From Vampirovibrio sp. (GTDB lineage: Bacteria > Cyanobacteriota > Vampirovibrionia > Vampirovibrionales > JAJTHC01), in NCBI GenBank assembly GCA_024998755.1, contig JACEUU010000003.1, forward strand, positions 1,291,331 through 1,355,330: a stretch of 64,000 nt of DNA, given 5' to 3'. A program made the translations under genes and the position numbers. Shown in pieces: positions 21,421 through 31,764 of the stretch (position 1 is its first letter; every line of letters starts with the position of its first letter). The notes under the pieces were generated by a model. The model had not been told where the DNA came from, made no database searches, and was given only the letters and a program-made list of their open reading frames with translations.

Positions 21421-22203
21421 ATGGCATGCTTAGCACTGATTCAAACCAAACTAAAGAGAAAAGAACCAGTTCTACTGATGTTAGATTACGATGGGACACT
21501 TACCCCCATTGTTGAATTACCCGAAAAAGCCGTCCTTGCCAAAAATATTGGGTTGGCTTTAGAAGCGTTGGCTAGCCTACCCACCGTAACCCTAGCCGTG
21601 GTTTCGGGTAGAAGGATTGAGTCCATTTTAGCCGTTTCAGGGCTAAACACGGAAAAAATATTATTTTACGGGCTACACGGGGGCGAAAGTTTGGTTGCAG
21701 AAAGCATTATCAATCACACCACTATCGCTCAAAAAGCTAACATTCAATCTATCCGAACCCTGTTAGAACAAAGTCTTCAAACCATTGCTGGCGTTCGCAT
21801 AGAAGACAAAAGGTCTTCCGTTGCCGTCCATTTTAGAAAGGTTCATTCAGATTTAGTTATTAAGAGTATCGAAGCAAGGGTGTTATCCATTTTTTATGCC
21901 AACAACGACGCTCATCAATTACGATTGCTAACAGGGAAAAAAGTGTTAGAAATACTACCTGCCCAGTTCAATAAATCCCATGCCGTTGAAAAGCTGATAC
22001 AAACAGTTCCCACGCATTACCCTGTTTATTGCGGTGATGATACGACTGATTTAGACGCATTGGCAGTGGTGCTTTCTGCAGGCGGCAGTGCGATTGGGGT
22101 TGTAGAAGCAGGCGAAGCCTTTATTGCTGATACGCCATTGAGTGGCATTGTTACACGGCAAGCCTTAATCGAATTTTTAATAGCAGCAAGTAACCAAGAT
22201 TAA
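21421..22203 (+). CDS. otsB: Trehalose-6-phosphate phosphatase (HAD)
   Basis: LDYDGTLTPI, VVSGR, GKKVLEI, GDDTTD; directly follows otsA. Confidence 0.92.
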   Translation: MACLALIQTKLKRKEPVLLMLDYDGTLTPIVELPEKAVLAKNIGLALEALASLPTVTLAVVSGRRIESILAVSGLNTEKILFYGLHGGESLVAESIINHTTIAQKANIQSIRTLLEQSLQTIAGVRIEDKRSSVAVHFRKVHSDLVIKSIEARVLSIFYANNDAHQLRLLTGKKVLEILPAQFNKSHAVEKLIQTVPTHYPVYCGDDTTDLDALAVVLSAGGSAIGVVEAGEAFIADTPLSGIVTRQALIEFLIAASNQD

Positions 22204-22225
22204 AACTAATCCACCCGAAAGCAAT

Positions 22226-22264
22226 AAAAAAAGACCCAACATACTTCGTGTTGAGTCTTTTTTT
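22226..22264. terminator. Bidirectional intrinsic terminator
   Basis: aaaaaaa-gacccaaca-tacttcg-tgttgagtc-ttttttt. Confidence 0.75.
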
Positions 22265-22552
22265 GTGGAGGAAATCCCGGAAATTATCCGAGCCATACAA
22301 GAATAACAGGGAATTAACAGGGAAAATACCAAAAATCAGGGCTGTAATTCGAGTGAAGACCTAATTCAGAATCCTTGAAACAGCCTACATATAAGGCTTT
22401 AAAGAAAGCACCCCTCTAAAATATTACTGAATTTTTCAAAAAAGAACAGGGAATATTTTAGAAGTATCAGGGATTTTTCACCAAAAATACTCCCGAACAC
22501 TACTGTGAACCTGCGGAAAAAGGCTAAGTTTTGATGAATAAAACTTATTAAT

Positions 22553-22604
22553 TTATCTATATATTATGATATTATGATATTATGATATTATGATGTATAG
22601 ATAA
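22553..22604. promoter_or_regulatory. Probable ArsR operator: palindromic arms around four tandem ATATTATG units
   Basis: TTATCTATA...TATAGATAA flanking (ATATTATG)x4 at 22561-22592, immediately before the AAGGAGG RBS. Confidence 0.55.
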
Positions 22605-22610
22605 GGAGGC

Positions 22611-22931
22611 ATGCGTGTGAAGCCAAGCCAAAAAGAGCAAATCGAAAAAGCATCCCGATGCTTAAAGGCGTTGTCCAATCCTGTGCGACTCGCTATTTTG
22701 TGTGTACTAAAAGACGGCGAAAAATCCGTACAACAACTCGAACTCGCTGTCGGCACGTCGCAATCCAATATGTCTACACATCTCGCCACCATGCGAGACA
22801 AGGAACTTTTACTCACCCGACGTGAAGGGGTGCAAGTATTTTATTCTGTTAAAGATGAAAAACTCTTCCTGCTCCTTGCCTTGTTACAAGAAATGTACTG
22901 CCCTGAAGACCCTGAGGAATCCGAATCATGA
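22611..22931 (+). CDS. ArsR/SmtB-family repressor, BigR/SqrR-like
   Basis: LKALSNPVRLAILCVL...SQSNMSTHL...RREGVQVFY...EMYC; helix-2 Cys plus C-terminal YC pair. Confidence 0.88.
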   Translation: MRVKPSQKEQIEKASRCLKALSNPVRLAILCVLKDGEKSVQQLELAVGTSQSNMSTHLATMRDKELLLTRREGVQVFYSVKDEKLFLLLALLQEMYCPEDPEESES

Positions 22932-23446
22932 TTAAAGTCATTAAAGCCGAAGATATTCACGCCAATGAATTGAAGCATATTATAGACGTCCGCTCAAGAG
23001 ACGAGTATTTTCAAGAACACATCCCTCAATCGCTCAACATTCCGTTGGATGAATTGCCCAATTATCTCAACACGTTACGGCAAATGGAATCCATTATCGT
23101 CAGTTGCCGAAGTGGTCAACGAGCCAATCAAGCCTGCTTACAGCTGGAACAACTTCAGTTAAACAACCTGCAATTGTTGGAAGGCGGTTTAAACGGCTGG
23201 AAGTCTAGCCAACGAGAAACGGTTTCGCTGAAAAAGGGCTTTAGCATTATGCAACAGGTGCAAATGATTGTGGGGGTCATGGTGTTGACAGGTATTTTGT
23301 ATCCGCCTCTATGGTTTTTGGGGCTGATTGCGGGCATGGGTATGCTGGTTGCTGGACTCACCAATACCTGTATGATGGCTCGTATTCTAGGTAATATGCC
23401 TTGGAATAAGGGCGTTCAAACCGAATCCTGTTCTATAGTATTTTAA
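22928..23446 (+). CDS. Rhodanese-domain membrane protein with DUF2892 (YgaP-like)
   Basis: IIDVR..EY..HIP, CRSGQR, LEGGLNGW; C-terminal TM segments ending AGLTNTCMMA. Confidence 0.88.
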   Translation: MIKVIKAEDIHANELKHIIDVRSRDEYFQEHIPQSLNIPLDELPNYLNTLRQMESIIVSCRSGQRANQACLQLEQLQLNNLQLLEGGLNGWKSSQRETVSLKKGFSIMQQVQMIVGVMVLTGILYPPLWFLGLIAGMGMLVAGLTNTCMMARILGNMPWNKGVQTESCSIVF

Positions 23447-23576
23447 ATAATCAATCATACAGTGTCTCTTCTTTGTCGCTACGATTCTCGATGTGCTTAT
23501 GTACGTTTGTGTACACCTCACACATCTGCGAGTCTAGACTTCTAGAATAGCCTACTGTCTGCTTAATTATTAAAAA
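23441..23576. repeat. RPE-like palindromic element between operon genes
   Basis: Core nearly identical to 27174-27255; own shell ttttaaataatcaatcatacagt / actgtctgcttaattattaaaa. Confidence 0.75.
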
Positions 23577-23609
23577 CACTATATCCGTTAAATTTTCAAT
23601 CTCTAAAGG

Positions 23610-25319
23610 ATGCTTATTATGACCGCATTTCATTCAAATCAAGCTAAAAAGATCGTCATCGTCGGAGGCGTAGCAGGAGGCATGAGTGCTGCCGCTCGTC
23701 TAAGACGCCTTTCCGAAAAAGCGGAAATCATTATTTTTGAGCGTGGGGGCTATGTGTCTTACGCCAATTGTGGACTCCCTTACTATTTGGGTGGCGAAAT
23801 TAAGGATCGTGGTAATTTATTACTCCAAACCCCACAATCTTTAGCGGCACGCTTTAATCTGGACGTTCGCGTCCTGCATGAAGTCATTGACATTCGTGCC
23901 GAAGACAAAACCGTTGTCGTTCGTTCGCTCGCCACGCAAGAGGTCTTTGAAGAAAGCTACGATGATCTTATTCTTTCCGTGGGAGCAAGCCCCATTCGTC
24001 CGCCATTGAAGGGTTTGGACTTACCAGGTGTTTACTCCCTGCGTAGTGTTGAAGATATTGATGCCCTAGACGATTGGATGAATATGCAAGACGTTAAGCG
24101 TGTTTTGGTCGCTGGGGGAGGCTTCATCGGCTTAGAAGTCGCTGAGCAATTGAAGCATCGGGGGCTAGACGTTACGCTGGTGGATTCTAATCCGCAAGTG
24201 TTAAAACCGCTGGATCTTGAAATGGCGGTGCTAATTCAAGAAGAACTAGAATCAAACGGTGTAAAACTCTTGTTGAACGCTCCCTTAAAGGCGGTTCACG
24301 ACCCACAATCGCATCAAGATGCTGAGCAAGAGGCTCCTAAGGTCGGGTGGGTTGAAGCAGGAGACAATGCCCTTATCGCAACGGACTTATTGATTTTAGG
24401 CTTGGGCGTGCGTCCTGAAACGGCACTCGCTCAAAAGGCAGGCGTTGCCCTTGGCGAGCGTCGGGGAATTAAGGTTTCGCCCAGTATGGAAACGAACGTC
24501 CCTCATATTTATGCGGTAGGTGATGCCATTGAAGTCTTGCATCCGATTAGCGGTCAGCAAACCCTTATTGCTTTAGGCGGGCCCGCCAATCGACAAGGGC
24601 GTATTGTGGCGAATTCGATTATGGGCTTGCAAGATGCGTATTTGGGGACTTACGGCACGGCGATTTTGCGTGTCTTTGAGTTGACGGCGGCATCCACAGG
24701 TTTGAATGAAGCCCAATTGCAAGGGATGTTCTTCCCTTATGAAGCGATCCACTTGCACCCTATGCAACATGCAGGATACTACCCAGGTGCGGAAAAGATT
24801 GCCTTAAAAGTCTTGTTTAATCCTAAAACAGGTGAGCTTTATGGCGCTCAAGCCGTCGGAAAAGACGGCGTTGACAAACGCATCGATGTGATTGCCACGG
24901 CGATTAAAGCCCGTTTGACCATTCGAGACCTCGCCGAGCTGGAACTCTGTTATGCTCCGCCCTTTGGTTCCGCGAAAGATGCCGTCAATTTGGCTGGCAT
25001 GATTGGCGAAAACATTCAAGACGGCTTGCTTGAGCAGGTGCAATGGCATCAAGTGGCAAACCTTTCCAAAACAGACACGGTTTTGCTGGATGTTCGCAGT
25101 CTCGCTGAACGCAAGAAGGGATGTATTGCGGAAAGCGTGCATATTCCCTTAAATGAATTACGTCAACGCCTGAATGAATTGCCAAAAGACAAAACCCTTG
25201 TGGTCTATTGTCAAAGTGGGCAACGTTCGTATTTTGCGACTCGACTGTTGGTGCAACATGGCTTTAAAGCCAAGAATCTTTCAGGTGCTTATATGACGTA
25301 TGTAGCAAATTGTAAATGA
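23610..25319 (+). CDS. CoA-disulfide/persulfide reductase with C-terminal rhodanese domain (CoADR-RHD)
   Basis: VGGVAGG, SYANCGLPY, GGGFIGLE, HAGYYPG, YAPPF, rhodanese YCQSGQR. Confidence 0.92.
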   Translation: MLIMTAFHSNQAKKIVIVGGVAGGMSAAARLRRLSEKAEIIIFERGGYVSYANCGLPYYLGGEIKDRGNLLLQTPQSLAARFNLDVRVLHEVIDIRAEDKTVVVRSLATQEVFEESYDDLILSVGASPIRPPLKGLDLPGVYSLRSVEDIDALDDWMNMQDVKRVLVAGGGFIGLEVAEQLKHRGLDVTLVDSNPQVLKPLDLEMAVLIQEELESNGVKLLLNAPLKAVHDPQSHQDAEQEAPKVGWVEAGDNALIATDLLILGLGVRPETALAQKAGVALGERRGIKVSPSMETNVPHIYAVGDAIEVLHPISGQQTLIALGGPANRQGRIVANSIMGLQDAYLGTYGTAILRVFELTAASTGLNEAQLQGMFFPYEAIHLHPMQHAGYYPGAEKIALKVLFNPKTGELYGAQAVGKDGVDKRIDVIATAIKARLTIRDLAELELCYAPPFGSAKDAVNLAGMIGENIQDGLLEQVQWHQVANLSKTDTVLLDVRSLAERKKGCIAESVHIPLNELRQRLNELPKDKTLVVYCQSGQRSYFATRLLVQHGFKAKNLSGAYMTYVANCK

Positions 25320-25404
25320 AATAAGATCCTCGTCTAGGCAACTATCCCGAAAATTCTAAAGAAGGCTAAACACTGTTAACAAAGGGTTAACTTGAGCCCG
25401 TTTT

Positions 25405-25553
25405 TAGGGGGCTGTCTTCAAAAAGCACATAATGGGTATTTTCTGTGTCAAAACAAGCCGTTTTTTTCGTTATGTAGTTCGTCTACACGCCTCAAAAGCC
25501 GTTTGTTTTTCCTTGAAATTCCACCATTCTTGACTATTTGAAGACAGCTCCTA
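25405..25553. repeat. RPE-like palindromic element with its own inverted-repeat shell
   Basis: tagggggctgtcttcaaa...tatgtagttcgtctacac...tttgaagacagctccta. Confidence 0.65.
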
Positions 25554-25584
25554 ATAAAGGCAAGTGCTATGATAGACAAGAAAT

Positions 25585-26710
25585 GAAGTTACGGAATAAG
25601 GGTGTGCAGGTGGGAGTAGTGAGTGTTTTTTAATAAAATTCAACCAAAAATGCTCAAAAAACAGAACAATACCCCTTGTTTCCACTCTTTTCGGATCATA
25701 ATTACCTAAAAACCATACAAGAATCCACTAAAACCTAACCCCTCCTCACCAAAAAACCATACCGACGACAATTATACCCAAATGCCAAGCCCACAATCTC
25801 CGCAGAAACACGCACTAACCCACGACAAGACACACGAACCTTCTTAAACACCGTCTTCCAACCCGCAAACACATGCTCCACTCTGGCCCTAATCTTAGAA
25901 ACCAACCCATTAAACCGCTTCTGCGAATCCGTCAACTCAGGCGTTGGTTCATGCTGCTTACCCCGAACACGACGCTTAATAATCCTCGGCTTTATCCCCA
26001 ATGCCTTTAAATCCTTCTCCTTACCCACATACCCACTATCCGCACCAACAGTCTGCTCATCGCCCACCAGTACAGGCAGTAAACTCTGACTGTCATGCAC
26101 ATTGGCACCAGTAACAACCACCTTGCGAATCAACTTGCTTTTAGCATCTACATTAACCGTGGCACTGTAACCAAAGCCTTTGTAGCCATAAGTGGCATCA
26201 GGGTCGCTCTGGTCTTCAGGCTTTTTTCTCTGTTTGCTATTGGCTTTAATAAAGGTGGCATCTACCAAGTTGCCTTCTTTAAGAATGAGGTTGTTCTCTT
26301 GGAAGAAGGTGTCTAAGGCTAAGAAAAGGGCTTCTTGGGCTGGGGTGTTTTGCAGTTCGTGTTGGAAGTTTTCGAGTGTCGTGGCTTCAGGGATGGGGGA
26401 TTCTAAGGAGAAGCCGAGAAACTTTCGGAAGGAGAGTCTGTCGTAGCATTGAAATTCGGTTTGTTCATAGGAGAGATTAAACCATATTTTGAGGAGGTTC
26501 ATTTTGAGCAGTAGTAGGCGTTTGTAGGGTGGTCTGCCGTTGGGTTTGTGGTGGATGTGTGTTTTGAGGATGGTTTCAAATAGTTGCCATGGTAGGGTTT
26601 GGTTCATTTCCTCTAGGAATTTGTGAGTGGGGGTGGGGTATCCTATGAGAGGTGGAATAATGTCCCTTCTATTTTAACCCAAAATTACCTTGCCCTTTTT
26701 CCGTAACTTC
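25585..26710 (-). mobile_element. IS5-family element, copy 2; transposase start deleted
   Basis: Same TIRs as copy 1; target duplication AAAT (25581-25584 and 26711-26714). Confidence 0.92.
25735..26607 (-). pseudogene. IS5 transposase lacking the native ATG and first codons, with a shortened C-terminus
   Basis: 42-bp deletion between CCACCCCCA repeats relative to copy 3; a shorter G-run brings an early TAG into frame. Confidence 0.75.
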
Positions 26711-26737
26711 AAATGAATATCATACCATTTTTTAAGG

Positions 26738-27133
26738 TCAATGTGCCGTGTCCTCGGAAGAAGCCATATTCATAGGAGTTCCTTTAACAAACGCAATCAT
26801 GAAGTTAATGCCTACCATCATGGCCATATGAACAGGGGCCATATATAGCGAATGCTTCATCGACATTTTGAAGGGCTTTGGGAAAAGTGGGAAGAGTAAG
26901 GTGCTTGCACCCATGAGGGCAATATTCAAAGCGTGGTGTCTGACTGCCATTGTACCCTGGTCTAGCCGTGTGTGGAAGGAATCCTGCTCGTTGGGTATGA
27001 GCTTATCAGATCGTGGAGTACTCATCATCGAAGACCGAGCCGATACTAACACCCATGGCCTATGGATGATCTGACTATTGGGCTGAATGAGTGACATACA
27101 TCTAGTCTCCTGATAATCGATGAAGTTGAGCAA
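26738..27133 (-). CDS. Small hypothetical membrane protein
   Basis: 131-aa ORF with two hydrophobic segments; likely start at the internal Met (MSLIQP). Confidence 0.45.
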   Translation of the reverse strand: MLNFIDYQETRCMSLIQPNSQIIHRPWVLVSARSSMMSTPRSDKLIPNEQDSFHTRLDQGTMAVRHHALNIALMGASTLLFPLFPKPFKMSMKHSLYMAPVHMAMMVGINFMIAFVKGTPMNMASSEDTAH

Positions 27134-27140
27134 TACTTAT

Positions 27141-27288
27141 TCACCAATTCTTAGTTTAAATAGCTTCTGGTATCTTCGTTGTCGCTACGATTCTCGATGT
27201 GCTTATGTACGTCTCTGTACACTTCACACATCTGCGAGTCTAGACTCCTAGAATCCACCTCTACGTTATTCAATCTAAGAATGGGGAT
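27141..27288. repeat. ATACCAATT-type shell enclosing an RPE-like core
   Basis: accaattcttagtttaaatagc...tcgttgtcgctacgattctcgatgtgcttatgtacgtctctgtacac...gttattcaatctaagaatggg. Confidence 0.75.
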
Positions 27289-27361
27289 TAGTTCATAAGG
27301 ATAAACCCACTTTGTATGGTTTCATATGATTAGTTTGACCTAGACCGATCCTAACCATGAG

Positions 27362-29542
27362 CTAAAGCTTCTTCCATTTAAGACGTAATGCGTTAAGCAC
27401 AACGCTGACGGAGCTTAACGACATGGCTACCGCCGCAATGATGGGCGAGAGTAAGATGCCAAAAGCTGGATAAAGTATCCCCGCCGCCAAAGAAACCCCA
27501 ACCCCGTTATAGACAAAAGCAAAAAATAGATTTTGACGAATGTTTCGCATTGTCGCTTTGGATAAGTGAATGGCGGTAACTAGGTCTTTTAAATCCCCAC
27601 GAAGGAGCGTAACGCCTGCACTTTTCATGGCCACATCGGTCCCAGTTCCCATAGCAATACCCACTTCAGCAGTTGCCAGTGCAGGCGCATCATTAACACC
27701 ATCTCCTGCCATTGCCACAGAATGCCCTTTATCTTTTAGGGTTTGAACAATGCGGCTTTTGTCCTGAGGAAGAACGTCTGCATAAACCTCATCAATCGCA
27801 AGCTGCTTTGCAACGGCTTTGGCTGTGGTTTCATTGTCCCCAGTCAGCATGACGACACGAAGCCCTAACTGATGCAGTGCTTCAATAGCTTGCGGTGTGC
27901 TGGCTTTAATTGGATCGGTAACGGTAAGGAATCCGGCCAAGTCTGAGCCAATCGTCATAAAAACGACCGTTGCACCTTGGTTGCGGTACGTGTCAGCCTT
28001 TTTCTTTTGTTCCTCTGGCAACATAACCCCAACATCCTAGAGCAGGGCTTGATTACCCAAAGAAACCTGCTTGTCTTCTAACGAACCCGTGACCCCTTTG
28101 CCTGTTATCGATTTAAACTGTTTTACCTGGGTTAGGGTCAGCTGTTTTTTTAATGCCTTACGAACAATCGCTTCACCCAGTGGGTGCTCACTGCTTTGCT
28201 CTAAGCTTGCCGCTAAACGGAGCATTTCAGGTTCGGTAAAAGATTCAAGAGAAATGATGCTGGTTAAAACAGGATGGCCTTCTGTTAGGGTACCTGTTTT
28301 ATCAATGACTAACGTATCCACTTTTTCCAGGACTTCGAGAGCTGAGGCGTTTTTAATCAGGATTCCCAATCCAGCCGCGCGACCCATCCCAACCATAATA
28401 GACATAGGAGTAGCCAAGCCCAGGGCACAGGGGCAAGCAATAATAAGCACAGAGACGGCGGCAATTAATCCGTAGCTGAGGCCCTGAGTTTCTGCAAAAA
28501 GCGTCCACGCAACAAAGGCAACTGCTGCGATGAGTAAAACAATGGGCACAAACCATGCGGCCACTTTATCTACAACCCGTTGGATGGGTGCTTGGCTCAG
28601 CTGTGCGTCGGCCACCATTTTCACAATCTGAGACAGCATTGTATTGCTGCCAACTTTTTGAGCCCTGATGACAAGAGTGCCTTTGGCATTGATGGTTCCA
28701 CCAATAACCCCATCACCGACGCTTTTTGCAATAGGCATAGGTTCCCCAGTTATCATGGCCTCATCAACGTGGCTTTGTCCTTCAGTAACTTCACCATCCA
28801 CTGGGATTTTCTCTCCTGGACGGATTCGTAACAGATCACCAAGAACAATGGACTCAAGAGGAACTTCTTCTTCAGCCCCATCCTGTAACCGTCGAGCGGT
28901 TTTCGGAGCCAGATTCAACAGTGCTTTAATCGCTCCGCCAGTTTGCTCACGGGCTTTTAATTCCAAAATTTGCCCCAATAGTACCAAGACAATGATCACA
29001 GCCGACGCTTCGAAATAGACTGGAACGGTGCCGCCCGTCTGAAACGACGCTGGAAAGCTTTGAGGCGTTATAGTTGCCACAACGCTATAGAGCCAGGCAA
29101 CACCAGTGCCAAGAGTAATCAGAGTAAACATATTGAGTGACTGGTTAATAAGCGACTGCCAGCCTCGCCTAAAAAATGGCCATCCCGACCAAAAAACAAC
29201 TGGCGTAGCCAATGCGAATTGTATCCACGTTGAAAGCGTCTGCTCAATGAAATGAATATTGAATAAATGGTTCCCCATCTCTAAAACCAGAAGAGGAACG
29301 CTCAGCACCAGCCCCACCCAAAATCTTCGACTAAAATCAAGGAGTTGAGGACTTTTACCTTCTTCCTCTCCTGTGACAGTTTCAGGCTCAAGCCCCATGC
29401 CACACTTGGGGCAGATTCCAGGGCCTTTATGTTCGACTTCAGGGTGCATGGGACAGGTGTAGACAACCGTGCCTAGATCAATCCCAAAGACATCATCAGA
29501 GGTGGTTTTTTTTGTTTTGGCGTCATGATTGCAACAGTCCAT
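27362..29542 (-). pseudogene. copA: Cu(I)-translocating P1B-type ATPase interrupted by one in-frame TAG at 28037-28039
   Basis: [43 protein letters not shown]; the two ORFs share a frame (...[15 protein letters not shown]...). Confidence 0.9.
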
Positions 29543-30097
29543 TTTATACTTTTTCCTCTTAGTTAGAAACTTCTAATCCGAAAAAAATGGGGCCGTATTT
29601 GACCTCTCCTGAACCAACGCACGTTCCAAGTAAATAACAGGCGTTACGCAGCAGGTTTAAAAGCTCTCATTCTAAGTAGGTACATAGTAACGCTTTTAGT
29701 CAGGCAAAGCAAGTTCAGTTTTAAAGCTGCGGAATACAGCATAAATAAGCGCTAGAGCGGGCACTTCTTGAAACCGTTACGTTTGACGTAAAGATGCTAC
29801 CCCCCAGCGACTTACTGATTGATGAAGTAATTATTGATAAACCCTTTAGTGAAGTCAATGAGGATGTTTACCAGACAACCAGCACTACGTTAAGGGCTAT
29901 GCACTTGTACTTTTTTTCTGGCATGGCCTCGACAGCAGAAAACGAGTGGTGCACATGGAGTCGTGGCGGGCAGGACAGGCGATGGCGAAGAATGACCTAT
30001 TTCGTAAAGGCATTGACGTGTATTCGATAGTAACTAAGGATGGTCTATAAAAAGGAAATAGAAGACTTACATAATCAGGGAGTGTAAGCTGTAATAG

Positions 30098-30135
30098 TCG
30101 GTACAGTTCTAAAAAAGCATTTAGAACTGTACCGA
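30098..30135. other. Perfect 16-bp inverted repeat (terminator or operator)
   Basis: tcggtacagttctaaa-aaagca-tttagaactgtaccga. Confidence 0.5.
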
Positions 30136-30184
30136 AATATTTATTGTAGAATTAGGTAGCTTAGATGTATCTACATAGAAAAAA

Positions 30185-30361
30185 ATGATGCCCTTAATCG
30201 ACAATCAAGAAGAAAACGTCGCTAGTTTTCTGCATAAGCACCTACAGGAAGATTCGTCTTTACGTTTAGTTTCTGCTTATTTTACGATTTATGCTTATGC
30301 TGGTTTGCGTGATCACTTGGCACAGTTAAAATCTGTTCGCTTTTTATTGTTTCATAAATAA
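30185..30361 (+). pseudogene. N-terminal fragment of a PLD-domain/SNF2 helicase (type III RM-associated type)
   Basis: Manual translation MMPLIDNQEENVASFLHKHL...LRLVSAYFTIYAYAGLRDHLAQLKSVRFLL*; cut by the IS30 remnant. Confidence 0.6.
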
Positions 30362-30560
30362 GGTATCGGGTAAAAACGCGAAAAAGGTTGCTTGGGGGAT
30401 TACACAGGCGTTGAGGGGGTTTTACGTTCATACCGTGACGTTTGACAACAAAAAGAGTTTACGTGGCATTGGAAAATTGGGGAATCATTAGGGGTACAGA
30501 CGTTTTTTGCGGATTCTTATTCATCTTGGTAACGAGGGATAAATGAAAATACGAATGGGT
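30362..30560 (+). pseudogene. IS30-family transposase fragment
   Basis: ...VHTVTFDN/KEFTWH...FFADSYSSW*RGINENTNG matches the IS30 TxDNGxEF and SWQRGxNENxNG motifs, with frameshift and stop. Confidence 0.75.
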
Positions 30561-30719
30561 GCGTATAAGGTTTGACACAATTCTACAGATTTTGCAGGTA
30601 TTCGATTTTATTGGATTTGAGGCAAAGTAAGTAATGAAATAGGTTGTTATTTTTCCCGCTAATTTGATGTGTTTTGCAGAAAAATTACACAGGAATTACA
30701 CAGAGATTCCACCTAAAAA

Positions 30720-30783
30720 TTACCGAACGGTAACAAATAGCCATTTTAGGCTAAAAATAGGCTATACTATTACCGTACGGTAA
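30720..30783. promoter_or_regulatory. Two 14-bp palindromic operators upstream of the HipB-like gene
   Basis: TTACCGAACGGTAA (30720-30733) and TTACCGTACGGTAA (30770-30783). Confidence 0.65.
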
Positions 30784-30814
30784 CAAGGTTGAAACATAGG
30801 AATACTCTGCTAAA

Positions 30815-31030
30815 ATGACGGTTTTCATCAAAAAAGTGGCAGATATTGCTAAGCTGGTAAAAGAAGCCCGTTTGGAATAAGGCTTTACCCAAGTACGGCT
30901 ATCCCAATTGTGCAATGTAGGCACTCGGTTTATTGTGGATTTAGAAAAAGGCAAGCCCACCTGCCAGCTAGATAAAACGCTCAATGTCTTAGTAAATTTA
31001 GGTATCCGTCTTGAATATAATCAACTGTAA
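30815..31030 (+). pseudogene. HipB/y4mF-like XRE antitoxin with an in-frame TAA
   Basis: MTVFIKKVADIAKLVKEARLE*GFTQVRLSQLCNVGTRFIVDLEKGKPTCQLDKTLNVLVNLGI. Confidence 0.8.
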
Positions 31031-31197
31031 CCGCCATAAAATGATAGATGTTGTTGAACAACCTTTAATAAGACCGTCTCGTTATTAAAGAAAAATGTGT
31101 TAAGCTTTAATAACGTTGTTCGCTTATTAAAGGTTTAGAGTCATATATCCTCAAAAGAGGAAACAATTAAAGTCCAAATAGGAATAATAAAAACATC

Positions 31198-31740
31198 ATG
31201 ACAAAAAAATTATGGCAAAAATCGGCTATTTTGGGTGGCAAGTCGCAAGAGTATCGCTACCATCTGGCGAGACAGTGTTCAGGTCAAATACAGAAGCTGG
31301 AACATCCAGAGCAAGAGTTAAAAATGTCTTTTTTGTTGGTTGTGATGCTAAACCCAAGCACAGCGGATGCCGAAAAAGACGATAATACGATTACAAGGCT
31401 TATGAATTTTGCACGCCGACATGGCTTTGAACGGTTGGAAGTGGTAAATCTCTTTGCATTGAGAACGTCTAAGCCCTCTGAACTAGATAAAAATCCCAAT
31501 CCCGCTGGAGAAGATAATCCCAAATGGGTAGAAGGAAGGTTAAAGCAAGCCTCAAAAATTCTATTAGCCTACGGAACCAATTCGTTAAGCTCGCCATATA
31601 GTGCTATTTTAAAAGATCAATTGAAAGCTCTTGGCTTGGTAGAAAAAGTCTATTGTTTTCGTAAGAACAAAGATGGTAACCCAACTCATCCGAGTCGCCA
31701 CATGACAGATTCGTCCACTTTAATCCAATTTAATTTGTAA
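31198..31740 (+). CDS. DUF1643-family protein
   Basis: YRYHL.R, VMLNPSTADAEKDDNTI, VVNLFALR, G.P.HP motifs. Confidence 0.82.
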   Translation: MTKKLWQKSAILGGKSQEYRYHLARQCSGQIQKLEHPEQELKMSFLLVVMLNPSTADAEKDDNTITRLMNFARRHGFERLEVVNLFALRTSKPSELDKNPNPAGEDNPKWVEGRLKQASKILLAYGTNSLSSPYSAILKDQLKALGLVEKVYCFRKNKDGNPTHPSRHMTDSSTLIQFNL

Positions 31741-31764
31741 AAATTCGAGCTAATAAAAGCTATA

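Noticed and set aside
27362..28024. Independent HAD-like gene
   Set aside because: In-frame C-terminal part of the interrupted CopA
28037..28039. Pyrrolysine or stop-codon recoding
   Set aside because: TAG terminates conserved genes in this window, and no pyl genes are seen
29794..30030. 78-aa ORF divergent from copA
   Set aside because: No recognisable motif or RBS; cannot be supported
30751..30984. 77-aa - strand ORF
   Set aside because: Antisense to the HipB-like pseudogene
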